64,000 nt of DNA. Source: Amphiscolops sp. MND2022 (taxonomy: Eukaryota). The position numbers were made by a program, and so were the translations under genes. Positions 36,201 to 49,431 of the stretch are shown piece by piece. Numbering within the stretch: position 1 is the first letter of the stretch; every line of letters begins with the position of its first letter. The stretch lies in the NCBI GenBank assembly GCA_964187785.1, contig OZ076421.1, positions 10,416,001-10,480,000 on the forward strand. Reading direction: 5' to 3'. Under the pieces are notes generated by a model. That model saw only the letters and a program-made list of their open reading frames with translations. It was not told the DNA's origin and ran no database searches.

Positions 36201-38808
36201 GCCTGGTGAAGGTTCTCTTGATGGGATTTCGGATGGCTTTTTTGCGGAGTCGAGTGCCTCTGGGTTCCACTGTTTTTCACTTTCAAATCAGCATAGTCGT
36301 TCATAATATCATCTACGGTCTTCTGGTTTTGCGGCACACCTTAATATCCAATGGCTGGTGCTTGTTGCTGCTGCTTCGATGATGAGGGTAGGGGTGTCTA
36401 TCTCTGCGCCAACGATTCTCGTGAATGTGACTGCGATTGTACTGGTTGAGGCAATCCTTGTGGTTCGGATGATTGAGGTTGCAGCGATGGCGGAAGCACG
36501 GATGCTTCCGACACCACCAATTTCAGTTTGCTTATTTTTCTGGTAGACGTGTCTTTGGATGTCGATTGCTCATTAGATATCTTCTTGTATGGCGGAGGCT
36601 TGCTTGAGGGACTGTCTTTTTTGAGCAACCTGCTGAGGTGCTGAGGTGGTGGTCATCTTCGCTGGTGAACAGGCGTTTCTTTTTTCAGAGATGGGGCGCC
36701 GCTCCCCTCCCCCTTTTGAGAAGAAAACGTGGAGCGTGAGGACGTGCGGCTTCGTTCTATAATGACTTGGCGGGAATGCCCGGGCTGCTCGTTCAAAGGG
36801 TTTTTTGTGGGACAGTCAAGGCAGATTGCGTGCTTGGTTATATGACATTCGGGATAGTTATGGTTGGTAGTGTGATGTGGCGCAACTCAGGCCAGTATTG
36901 TTGCATGGATCGCACGACATCTGCATAATGTGGGTTGGTTGCCACAGCATGGAGGGCTGTCATCAATGCTTGTCCGGCTACCAGGCGATCAGCCATATCT
37001 GGTAATGCTGGGGCAGGCTGACGCGCCTGAGAACCTGGGGGCTCTCCGGCACGCGCAGTGAATTGCTGCACAGCAACTGGTGGAGGTGGCGGAGGAGGTG
37101 GGCTTACTGGAACTTGCAATGATCGATTCAGATGCACTCCTCCGTTTGCAGGACTATGATAGATGGAGGCACGATAATTGTGAAAATGATAAGTCAAATC
37201 GTGCCCAGACCAAGTGCCGTTTCGAAATGTCATTGATCGTTGAAAACCAGGGAATCCTGAAGTAATAGTTACGGATAGCAGCATCTGGGCTATCACGGCT
37301 GCTACACCGGCCACAGTGGCTTGTGACATACCTTGATCTAGTCTGTCTCAGACTAGGGCGGCTTGTGAGGTGCGTTGAACTCTGGTGGTGTCGTATATAC
37401 GTTGTCGCATGGCAGGGAGTTCATTGAAAGACGGGGAGGGATATCTTGGATAACTTCGTTATTGCCATTGTTTCCTTGGTTCATTATCGAGGTCTCTGAA
37501 AGAATGCACGTCGATATACAGGAGTCAGAGTGAACTCGGTACGTAACTTGTTTTACCAGGTGCTGTCATCAAAAGATAGTTATAAAAAGCTAACACGCTA
37601 CTCTACTAATCTAATCTACTTAATAAATCGAAGTCGAAGTTTAAAGCTTAAAAGTCGAGAAAGTAACGTATGGGGTGTTCGGGGTCGACGATTGAAGAAT
37701 GAATTTCTGCAGCATCGAGCCGTTTAGGTTGAGTTTTTAATTGTTCGAGACATGCAAAAAAGGTATCTGCTACCATCGCGCAACGAGGTGTAGATCTGGT
37801 CACCAATAGATGGATCGATTGCAATTGACCATCAATATTGAGTGATGCTGGCAATGTCAGTACAACGCCAACTTAAGGTCGGAGCCGAAATAAGCATCGG
37901 CTCCATTTTCGCGGATAATATAGCAAAGGTCTGCTGAGTTGGTCTCTAGGTTTGCGGGGCAACATAAGGCAATATCGAACATAGTCAACTTGTTGTGGTC
38001 GGAGAGCTCCAGGATACACAATCTCTCGTCCAGGACTGTCAACAAGTGGGTCCTCACCAGAGTTCGGGCAATTTTTTGCAACAGTTGCCTAGGACTTGGG
38101 GACAGACCATATCTGACACGTGATGAGCAGTAATCAATAAAAACCAATTAGCTGAGGGTTGGTAGACATCTCCCGGTGCCGCCACGACGTTTTTTTTATC
38201 GTGCAAAAGGACGGCAGTGATACAGCGCACCATTTGGATAAGTTCTAGTTGAAAGGGCCGAAGACGATGTTTGGAGGTACTGGAGGAATCGTGATAGCCA
38301 ATGTGAATTGTAGACCTCGAATTCATGGGTCCACTCTTTGAACCTGAGACAAGGGGTTTCTGCAATCGACTATAAGTGCATTAGCTTAGCTAGTACATGT
38401 TCCAGCTGATATGAGGCTGTATTGCGCTCCAAGCCTGTGTATGTTTTCTCGGCTTGGATGACCAAGCGGCTGATCGAATATTTTCATAGGCTGCGGTTCT
38501 TTTTTGGGGTTGCCTCTTCTACGGTTGCCCCTCTTGCGGTTGCCCCTTTTGCTGTTGCCCATTTGCAGTTGCCCCTGGGAATGCCTCTTTGCGGGCGGTC
38601 TCGTAGTGCTATTGTACGTGGTATTGCTCTCCCTGGAGGGCGTCCTCGTGGTCTTCGGCTTTGTTGCTCCCTTTGAGTATAGGCATACTCCGTGGTAGTT
38701 GCTGGATTCACCGTAACGGGTGGTGGTGGAGATTCCGTATCTGGCACTGGTGGTTCCGGCAAACTGTTCCTGGTCTCGAGAATGGATTGATGATCTATTT
38801 TCGGTCAT
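33230..38808 (-). mobile_element. Accessory-ORF block directly 3-prime of the gypsy pol (several degenerate unknown ORFs)
   Basis: Series of same-strand ORF relics separated by short AT-rich spacers, with no LTR between it and pol. Paralogous to 27000-29975. Includes an AT-hook-like RRPRGRPPGR in 38484-38762. Confidence 0.55.
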
Positions 38809-41800
38809 ATGGGAAAGTTGCTCAACATGTCTGTAAGCGAAGGATTTGTCAGCGGTGGGGCAGATGTGCCTGCCAATGAAGCGTCAGCACTGTCAAGCAA
38901 CTATCGCATTGGGAGATTTGGCTCTCCTGGTTCTGCTTTCATCACTGCTTCGTTGTCCAAGAAAAGGACGTCCATGGGTAGTAACGGTGAAATTGGGATT
39001 TCGTTCAAAGGCATGGTGTCATTTGTTGGCGGTGTTGTGATGATACTTTCGTCGGGGTTGAATTGGGCACTGGACAGTAGAACGTCCGAGCGTTCGTCAT
39101 CAGAGTCAGTTGATGAATAGTAAAAGTGCTGATAGTGGAGACGACTGCCGCCTGCGCGCATGCGCGTGCGTACTCTGGTGTCCATCCAATGTCGACGTCG
39201 GGAAGTTAATGAGGCATTGCTAGCCTCGGATATTGGTTCTTCTTCACAATAGGAGGGCTGTGAGGCGTCATCGGGTACTTCTTCTAAGGAGCGTTCCGGA
39301 TCTGGGTCCATGATAATTGCCACTTCACCATAGTTTCTTGGAACTGTGGCCCATTCAGTATGGTCCACCAGCCGCTCGAAGTGTACCATTTGACCTGAGT
39401 ATGTAAACATGTCCTTCTTGTAGCACTCGTGCTACTTTGTGGGGACCGCGCCATGCTCTCATCAGCTTAGGGGATCCTTTTTGTGGAATATACCGGCAGA
39501 ACACCCATACTGGTTCGCCGACATCGTATGCCTTGACAAGAATTGCTCAATCATATTTGAGCTTCTGACGTTGTTGGGCTTGGTGTGTGTTTCGTCGCAC
39601 CAAATCGTGTATCTCTTGTTGTCTGGCTAAGACATGATCCACGTATGCTTCATGTGAATCGAATGACTAAGTGGCGAATTCAAGTTACAGAAAAGTGAGT
39701 GGTATCGTTTTCTCCATCTCTTCCCTCAGCATATATGGGGAAAACACAGTAGTTGTTTGACGCGTCGAATTGTATGCACCCATCACTTCATCTAAGTTTT
39801 GATCCCAATCTCGCATTCGTCGGAAGCAAAAAACACGTAGTAAGGTCAACAATGTTCGGTTTTGGCGTTCCACTGGCCCTTGGGGTCTGAGACGACCAAC
39901 AGTTGAGATTACTTTGGTCACTTGTGATGCTTTCATTAATTCGGCACATACTTCTGCAGTGAAGTTGGGCGCGTTGTCGGATTGCATTCTGGCTGGCGTA
40001 GCATGTCGGGCGAACCACTTTTGCAGCAGCTGCTCCAAGGTAGTTGCCGCATCGTATTCCTCATGATTGCACGGTACCGCCTCGGCAAACTTTGAAAGGT
40101 GATCGATGATAGCCAATATGCCAGTGTTTTGATTAACAGATGGGCAGGTCTTCAGATGATCATATTGTACCAGCTCATTGAACTAACCACTTTGAAAATT
40201 TTTCAAATGAAATCATACGTCACCAGGCTTGTCACGCACTTGTTGGCAGGTTATGCATTGGCTTACGTTTTGCCCTGACCTTTTTCGTATACAAGGCCAG
40301 GTATACCAGGCATCGTGAGCTTGAATAGTATTTCGTGCTGATACAACTGTGCCATCATGTTTATGCGTGGGCGTCCATGCAGGGCTCTTTGACTTTTAGG
40401 ATATTTGACACACAACCCACTAGCATGGATCAATAGGAGATCTTTCTTTTGTTTGTAATAGTCCTTAGCGAAGGCGCGCATGTTTTCAGGAAAAAATGTC
40501 GTGGTCAATTCACTCTTGCATCACCAGTTTCTTGATGGACAAAACGTGTACGTCACGGTTTTGCGCTAGCAAAAAAGCTTTGAGACCATGAACCGCATTA
40601 GCATGCTCATGGAGTTCCACAGATACGCTGTTGACCACAAAGACCATTTGCTTCACACTTTCGGGTGCGTACTGACTGCCTGTTTTTCCTCCCCGGTCAA
40701 TGGGTAGGTGGTCCTTGAGGGTTCATTGGCTGCGTGTGCAGGCAGCGGTAGTCTCGATCGCATTCTTATTTCCATCCAGTCCTCAGGATACTCGGGATAT
40801 TTGTCGGCAGCCATTGACTGGCGTTAGCAGTGTTGGTAGGGGAGCTCTCAATTCCTTCTCGCACATCATTGCGCATTGTTTGCTCTTTTGCGTGCGGGCA
40901 ATTGCGAGTGTTGTTCGCGATGGCCTATGAGCCAATTTTTGAAGATGCATGATCAAGTTGGGGTTGTCAGGCATTACTCGCCCATGAACATCAAGCACGG
41001 GGCCAGTGGAAGTTCGTCGTACTCTTCTTGAGATATGAAGTTCCCTTTTTCAGCAATTGGAGGTGCGCCTTCGTTCATGTTTTTTGTACTAGTTGTTTTT
41101 TTTTGCTGAGACCATCGGCATTCCGATGTTGTGTTTATGAGAGGACTTGGTTGTCTACTCACAATGCGAATTTGCGAGGGCAGAGATAGCTTTGGTTCTT
41201 TAGGATGAAGTAATACACAGCGTACATTTCCATTTTTGGTGCCCCGTACTTAGCTTGCGTGGGAGTCAGCTTTTTGCTTCCAAATACAGTCGGTCGCAAC
41301 TTCCGACTTTCAGGTGGTCCTCGCCATTGGTGGGGAATACCCGAAATGGCTATGCCACTGGCATCAGTGTCCAAGACTAATTTTTCCTCAGCATCTGGTT
41401 GTGCCAGGGCCGTGGCCTCCATTAACGACACCTTGATGATATTGAAAGCTTGCTGCTAGTCCTCCACCCACATAATTGGAGACCCCGTGCCAGTAATTGC
41501 GTGTAGCGGGACGACACGTTTGGCATGCCTTGGGATAAAATCAATATAGTAGTTAGCGAAACCCAAGAAGCTTTGCAGTTCTGTTTTGGTTCCTGGAACG
41601 TCCCAATCCCTCAGCTTGAACACAGCTTTTGGATCTGGATTGATCACATCTGTGGATACTTCTCGGCCCAAGTATTTAATTTTCGGATTTCATGACAACG
41701 CATTTGGAGTCCCTCATCTTGAAGCCAGCTTCACACAGACAATGGAACACTTCGCGTAATCTATCCAGGTGGTTTTCGATAGTTTTTGTAGCAATCACAA

Positions 41801-42469
41801 TGTCGTCAATGCATGCCATCACCATGCTTCCCTCGCGGTTGACAAATTATACTGTAGCGCTCGCGCAATGACCCGTTGGAATGTTGCAGAAGCATTACAC
41901 ATACCAAAAGGCATGCGACGCCATTCAAACAGTCCAAGTTCGCAGGCGAAGGCAGTTTTCTGACGATTAGCTTTCCGGGCAGGGGTTTGGGTTCCAAAAC
42001 GCCCAAGCTAGGTCAATGCTGGTGTGGGTGTTCACTTTGCCCAATCGTGAAAGGCTCTCATCAATACGTGACAATGGTTAGGCGTCTTTGATTTTCACTT
42101 CATTGAGTGGTCGAAAATCACAGCAGAGTCGCAGTTCCACATTCTTCTTTTTGACCATAACGATACCACTTCCCATGGAGATAAAGTGTGTTGTATCATT
42201 CCCAAAGCCAGTAGAAAACGAACTTTTTGATTGGCACGATCTGCTTTGTAAGGTGACATCCTGCGTGCCCCTGGCTCTACTTCCACCCCACCGGGTGCTT
42301 GGCATTTTTACAATTATCAATGTCAGCTTTATATTCCATAGAAAGATCTTCAAATTCTTTCAAAACTTGATGAGCGTGTCGCTGGCGACCGAACCCCATA
42401 AACCACGCACTTTGCCGATTTGTGCTTCAGGACCCGGGATCGAGGCCATTAGTGCTGGATCGGTGCGTT

Positions 42470-42872
42470 TTTTAGTCGGCGCTTTTCGTAGAAAAACGCA
42501 GTAGTGACATTTCTTTTTTTGAGACCAACGAAGTGACAGATTTCATAAGCTTTAATAAGCTGGTATTTTCATTCGTTCATCTTATTGCCCGTCTAGTTTT
42601 CGGACTCCTTTTGAATTTTTTTGGCACTATGCGACTTTTTTTCCAATTTTTTTGAATTTTGTCGAAGGGTACCCACTTGAGTTATTTGAAGTTTTTGGTT
42701 TGTAAAACACGTTTAATGAGCCTAAAAGGTCTCTTTTTGGGTTTTTCGGCATAAAGCGACTTTTTTACCAAGTCTTTTTTTGTAAAAAATATTCCAAATG
42801 TTTCCAAAAGTTGTTCCTTGAATATTTTTGAGCCTTAGATATGGCACCTACTTGGGATATTCCCGACTTGTT
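42470..42872 (-). mobile_element. Helentron/DINE-like non-autonomous insertion inside gypsy pol
   Basis: Inserted in a T-run. Carries a sub-terminal inverted pair (intact AGTCGGCGC at 42474; degenerate partner at about 42845-42853). Removing it restores pol ...EHE-KRTDP. Same family as 5143-5735. Confidence 0.7.
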
Positions 42873-45430
42873 TTTTCATGTTCCGACGGACCGAGTTCCG
42901 ACGGATCGGTAAAAGACACAGTTCAAATTCAGATGAAGAACTATCATTAGAAGTAGAGTCAATCTTCATCTGCTCATAGACTTTATAAACAAAGTTTGCT
43001 GTGGGTTGATTTGCAATTTGTTGTCCAGGGACAGTTTGAGGAATGGCTTTGTAAAACATTATCACAGGCACTGCAGTTCCCAAAAGTGTACCCTTTTCTA
43101 CTCTTTGCACATTACTAGTTAAGTTTCCTAAACTGATCTACAGGAAACCCGTCTCCCCCACGGTTGCCACGGTGTCTTCTGAAAATCTTGCATTTTTCAA
43201 CAAACGGTTAGGCGTTTGGAAGTTTATCAACACGGTTCGAAAATAAAAGGTCCCAGGTTGTCCGCTAATATGTTTGCACGCAAAACGCCGCGTTCAAAAT
43301 GTTGCAAAACGACATTTTGTGCTATCGCCACCGACGTGCTAAGTGACTCGTTTCTTCCGTTACTTACATAAGCTTGCGCATGATACCAGACGGGCTCGGA
43401 GGGGGCACGAACAATGCCTTTCATTGCTGTTGGGTCAACCAAGACTTGGTAGGCACGTAGGAATTTCCGGCCCAATAGGAAGTCTTCCACGATCATGGCA
43501 TCGTACACAACAACAAAGTTGGTTTCTAATTCTGCCAGCCCAAAAGTCTTGATTGTCTTTCCATTGGCAGCATATAGATCAATACCATTATAAGGTCGGA
43601 GGATCGTACCGGTATGCACTGCTAGTCGAATATAGGCCGAAAAAGTAGAGAAACTCCAGAACCAGTGTTGATCAGCCCTAGCAATGTTACCGGGGCGGCA
43701 TCTGGAACGAAGAAGGATACCATGAGCGACGCACGCTCATTGATCCTCGCTTCACCCGTAGACTCTTGAGCATCGATCATGTAGCAGCGCAGTTGTTGTG
43801 GTCCTAACAGGTTCCAGATTCAGGGGAAAAGGCATCAATGATCACCGTAGCTTCGAAACACATGTCAAGTACATCAACACATACTTTAACGGTGGTAGGG
43901 CAGTAAGCGTGATACGTTGACGTGACTCCTTTCATTTGCCATTCCTCAAGTTGGGGCAGAGTCAAGTGCTGGTAGCTTTCATTGGCAATTTCGTCTTTCA
44001 GAATTTCGATGGTAAGCTCTGGGCGTTTCTCTCGCTCGATAGCCAATAACAATCGAAAGGACAAGGATCGTTCGTACAAATGGGTCGAAAGTAGTAGGTC
44101 CAAGTCTCGTTTGTACTTGGATTTTACCATGTGAATGTCAGGGGTGTTGATACGTGGGCAATATCTGCAGGTCGTAGCATAAGGACAGTTTCCCTACCAC
44201 TTAGCGTTTGAGGGACAGGTTGCTGTTCAGCCCAGAGGCTGTAAGCCACGTCCTCATGTACCGGAACGTTTTGGCATTGTGACGCTGAATGCTCAGTCGT
44301 GCCGCAATTGAGACAGAATATTGGGCCCGAGCAGGCAGAAGCCACACTACTTTCACGAAGATTCACCTGATCGTCTGGGCAGCACGAGCCAATGGTTTTC
44401 TTGTTTGGTCCCTAGTTGGACACTCTCGTGCAAAATGACCCGGTTGCCCACAGTTGAAGCAGGCTCCTTAGGGAGCCCCCGCTGGTTGTTGTAGTATGGG
44501 CGCCTGTTTCACTGACGAGGGTAGCTATCGGGAGTTTTGCATTTTGTTGTTCTGGACTTGGTGGTAGCACGTTTTGTGGTATACCTGGTGCTGTATAGAC
44601 CATCGTTCCCGGTATGAAAGGGTGAGGTCGTGATCGCATGTCATACCAGGGATCATAGGGTTTGGACGTTGTGGGTCTGTGTCGCTGAAGCTGCTTTGTT
44701 GTGTATCTAAGAGACTCCATGGTGGGTGGATGGGTGTCTCGGTCAAGTAACTTTCGGCTGCGAACACTACAGCAAGCTCTTGTCGTAGTGTTGGGTCACT
44801 AACACCGTTTATGAAACGTTGCAAGATCTCATAACGACCTGTGATTGGCTCGTCTGGAAAGCCTTGGGTGCGCAGTATTTGGAGGGCGTCAAGATATTGC
44901 ATCCAGTGTTCATTTTCTTGTTGGGTACGAGACATGAAGGTTTGTCGAACATCCAGACGGTTTACGGTTGCCTCTCGTTCCAAATCTACTAGCCAGGATG
45001 GTGAAGACTTTGTCTGCCAGTGGTTTGTCTCGTTTAGGTTCAGATTTGTTGACGATATAGTTTCTTGCTTCTCCTTAGAGGTGGTCTATTTTGGCCCAAG
45101 CTTTGTCGATTTTGATGGATTTAGCATGTACCCGTTAGAGAAATCGTTTCATTAGAGGGAGCCAACCGTCAACGGTGCCCGTGGGTCCGACTCTCGTCTG
45201 ATCTCGATTGGCAATTAGTGGTGCCAATTCCTTGGACATGGCCTTGGATATTGCTTCAGTGAACCTGAGTTGGTCCGGGGACATGGTTGTCTCTTCCTTG
45301 GTAGCGAGTGGCAAAAAGCTTTTTCTCCGCGTGGAGTTGATAGAGTCATTCAAGTTTTCTGGAATCGTTGCTTCTTTGCATCTGGTGCTGCTGGCGCATC
45401 GTCTGCAGTGTGAAATTCCGCCGTCGTTAT

Positions 45431-46080
45431 CCCCCCAATGTCGCATTAACGGTTTGGAAGGTACTAGTTACTTCCGTTAGCTTGCTGATGCATGTGGGTT
45501 CTCTTAGGCCTGTGATACTCTTGCTTGAAAATTCCACCGTTATCAAACCACTGACAGGATCATTCGATAGCCCATAGCGTCCATGCGTGCAGCTCGAATC
45601 TCCTGCCCATGTGCTTGTCGCTCAGTAGAAGATCGCAAATTGCTCTTTTTCAGAACAAAATCATGATTCCAATCAATTGATTTTAATCCAACATCCTTGC
45701 CTAAGCACGATAAACATAGGGCACAAAAAATTATTGGTTAGATGTAACGACTCAATGAGCGAGATGAAAAAAAGATATAACACAAATGTTTAGAAACATT
45801 TAACGACAATTACGTACCAAATAACATCAGTGCAAATAACATAGAAACAAAATTAGTGTCAAATTCCCCCAATGTCCTATTAACGGTTTCGAAGGTACTA
45901 GATACTTCCGTTAGCTTGCTGATGCATGTGGGATCTCGTAGGCCTGTGATACTCCTGCTTGAAGTTTCCATCGTTATCAAACCACTGACAGGATCATTCG
46001 ATAGCCCATAGCGTCCATGCGTGCAGCTTGAATCTCCTGCCGCTGTGCTGGTCGCTCAGTAGAAGATCGCAATTCGCTCT
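45431..46080. repeat. ~215-bp direct duplication of gag sequence flanking a ~210-bp filler copied from 48895-49106
   Basis: 45431-45645 matches 45865-46080; the filler 45655-45863 matches 48895-49106. Confidence 0.9.
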
Positions 46081-47248
46081 GGAGAGCCTCAATTTTTTCA
46101 ACGACAGCCTGGTGCTCTCGAGCGCATCTCGCCTTTCGCTTTGATAGTTGGGGGGCAGCTTGCTTCACTCCTATTTGTGCTTACAACCTTAGCTGCCTCG
46201 TGCACTGCTCGGTAGGCGGAAGATCGGCCCGATGCGGCCATAGATAAGATGAAGTTGAAGGGGCGAATCGGGAGGCACCATGCGTTCCCGTGGTGCTCGT
46301 CTGTGCTAACAGGGCTGGGGGCTGTACTTGCCTTCCCTTCCCCGATGGTGGGGAGGTGGTAGCCTCTTGGAAGCGTGCCGTGCCCTGGCGTAATTCATGC
46401 CTCCGATATAGGACATCTGTTGCAGCCATTACGACGCCAATCGGAGAAAAACAGTGACAAATCTGTTGTAGTCTTATGTGGATTTTTCAACTGCATTATA
46501 ACGCATGTGTTTCAAGAATTGATGAGTGAATTATTTTTCTGGATTTTTGCACTAATACTGCGTGCAACCTGCGAAGAATCACCAAAAGAGAGTTCCACTC
46601 GTTTCTCTTGATTCTTGAATCTGTATGGATTCTTCACTGAGCAAATTTTAGTTTGCGTGGATTCTTCGCTAATTAGTTCACTCATTTAAGTTACTACACT
46701 TTTGTGGATTCTTCGTTTTGTATGAATTCATCGAAATGCCATTAATTAAGTAGAATGTTTAAAAGACAATTCGATATACCCCCAGTTTGCCAAACTCGAA
46801 AATTCCCTTTTTCTATTTGTATTGAAACAAATAAGGTTTACGTAAAAATAAATAAAGACATGTAAATATCTCCCCGTTTGACAAATTCAAAAAAAAATAC
46901 TATTAATTTTATTGAAAGGTATTTTTGTAACAATTCTAGGAGCGTTCAAATAGATTGTATTGAAGTGAGCGAAGTCATTTGTTAACTACAGTTAATGCAA
47001 TACATTTAACTATGACGTCACTGCTGGCCTTTCGGTTTCGTTCTATGAAAATATCGTTCAGTCCCGACATGGTTCGTAAAAAGATTTACGAAATTCAAAC
47101 TTCTTCGTGAATTCATTCATTTCTTCCGTCACTCTATACAAATCTCTAAAATCTCTACAAATCTATAAATCTTCATTCTTATTCTTCCTTCTAAACTTTT
47201 ACCTTTCTAAATCAACATTCGCCAACCAAATTTTTTCATTCTAAACAG

Positions 47249-47483
47249 CTCAATAGATGAGGGTGAAAAAACGGCTGCTTCTAAGAATAAAGAATGCAAG
47301 ATTTGCCTCGAAAACTTTAGACCAGTAGAATTACAAAGTTTTCACCCAGATTATAGTTGACATTTAGCTTGTAGAGAGTGTATAAAACACTGTTTAGATA
47401 GTTTAGCGAGTGCAGATTTTGTTAGATGTCCTTACTGTAGATTGATTACCTGTAGAGGGTATTTTGTACAATTAAAACTTTGA
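47249..47483 (+). pseudogene. RING-finger (C3HC4-like) exon with an in-frame stop
   Basis: Follows acceptor CTAAACAG; reads ECKICLENF...PDYS*HLACRECIKHC...RCPYCR. Confidence 0.65.
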
Positions 47484-49431
47484 AAAAAATGTAGTTAGCA
47501 TGTTTTTGTAGTAGAATTTGTAAACTATACTTTTGAGACCTTTCAGAGGCCACGTTCTTGACGTTGGTCGTGTTATGGGCGACACCATGTGATCCCCTAA
47601 CCGAGAACCTCTCTAAAACTACATTATACTGGGCAAAAACGTTAATCTCGGCTTGTATTTGTTCCCGACAAATTGTGTTATCGAGGAAATGGTTTTCAAA
47701 ACATCAACCGCAGGAATGAAAATGTAACTACTCCAGGAGCGTTTAAGAAAATTGTTTCAAATAGATACCTCCCCTGTTTGTCAAATTAAAAACAAATTAT
47801 ATTGATTGTAATGAAATAAATAATTTTGTAACGACTCCACGAGCATTCAAAGAAAATCTAATAAATACCCCTTCCCTCCAAATGCCAAACTCGAAAAACT
47901 TTAAGGAAACAGATGTTTTTGTAACAACTCCAGGAGCGTTCAAATAATTTGTATTGAATATTGTTTGCGAAAATGAAAAAAAATCATATCAATTGAAATG
48001 AGAAAATTACTTTTGTAACGGCTCATTTTAATTGTCATCCACACCTAATATTGACTGCCGGGGGATCTTTCTGTTAACCACCCCCCACAGTAAGCCCGAA
48101 AATAATATTCCCCCTGCTATCAGCGATGAGTTTTTGTTGCAGTTAAACATTATCTTGAAAAATGGTTGGAGGAGGGAAAACATCCCCGTGGAAAACCGAC
48201 AGTTTTATTTCACAAACGATGAGAGTGTATTAGGTGACTCTTCAAGTCCCAGAATACTCATGTTGCCCAAAAAAAATGAGGCCATTCAAATCAGCAAACA
48301 ATTTCATGATTTTTACTCGAATTGGATTCGTTCATTGAAAGAACTTTTTGTCACGTGACCATGACTCGCAGAAATCACTGTGTCATGTAAACTAATTACC
48401 TCCCTTGATCTATAAACGTTACTTGGAATAAGCTAAATTCTGCGCGTCATGGTCACGTGACAAAAAAGTTCATCAAAATGAACTTTTTGTGACGTGACCA
48501 TGACGCGCAGAATTTAGTGCGTCTTGTAAACAAACTTCAAAATCCCTCGTTTTAGGCAATAACGTTGCAATCAGTCGTTTTCTGAATCTCCTGAAGACTC
48601 CAAGAGTTTACCGAACACAACAAGAATTTCACGAAGACTGCAAACCCACTCCAATTTGAACAATCGAACAAATTCAATCTTCAAGTCAAGTAAGTCAAGT
48701 GTTTTATTTTTGGTACATTTTGAGCTTTTCCGTCCCAAAAATTTGCAGTTTTTCTAGTTAAAATAAGTATTTAGTCATATGTAACAACTCCATGAGTGCG
48801 ATGAATATAAGGCATGAAAAAAAAACGTTTAGTCTGATGTAACGTCTCCATGAGCGCAATGAGCACAAGGATGATATAAAATCCAGTTTTTTCAAAACAA
48901 AATCATTATTTCAATCAATTCATTTTAATCCAACATCCTTTCCTGAGCACAATAAACATAGGCCCAAATAAATTATTGGTTAGATGTAACGACTCCATGA
49001 GCGAGATGAAAATAAGGTGTAACACAAATGTTTAGAAACATTTAACGACCATTACGTACCAAAAAACAGAAATGCAAATAACATAAAAACAAAATTAGTG
49101 TCAAATAACGTGTTTAAGGCAACTCATTTCATTTTTGTGTGTATTTGAAACTAACTTTATGCTATTTGCTCTTATGATGTTTGGAATATCCTCGTAACGA
49201 CTCCATGAGCATGATAATGAAAGGACTAAATGCAGATGTTTAGTTAGATGTTACGACTCCAAGAGCGCAACGGATAAGAGTACAACATGTTAATGTTTAG
49301 CCTCATGTTTAGTATAATAAGGTAATGTGGTTGTAACGACTCCATGAGCGCGACAAATTCAAGGAAATAAGGAAACAGAACGTTAAAAAATCTAATAAAA
49401 AACAAGTTAATTTCTTTTTAGAAAACAGAAA

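Larger units (their letters stand above)
38901..46429 (-). mobile_element. Degenerate Ty3/gypsy gag-pol
   Basis: Order: gag with zinc knuckle CLNCGTTEHSASQC, protease LINTGSG (D to N), RT (LRLCCDFRPLN, FEWRRMPFG, CIDD), RNase H (LDTDASG), integrase (IIDHLSKFAEA, QSDNAPNF, GPVERQNRTL). Many stops and frameshifts; LTRs not found. Confidence 0.92.

Noticed and set aside
46425-46445. Possible gypsy PBS TGGCGTCGTAATGG
   Set aside because: No adjacent TG...CA LTR could be defined, and it overlaps the putative gag start.
48780-49350. CRISPR-like look of short repeats separated by variable spacers (motif B cluster)
   Set aside because: Eukaryotic intron-containing context, irregular spacing, degenerate 18-bp repeats and no cas genes.
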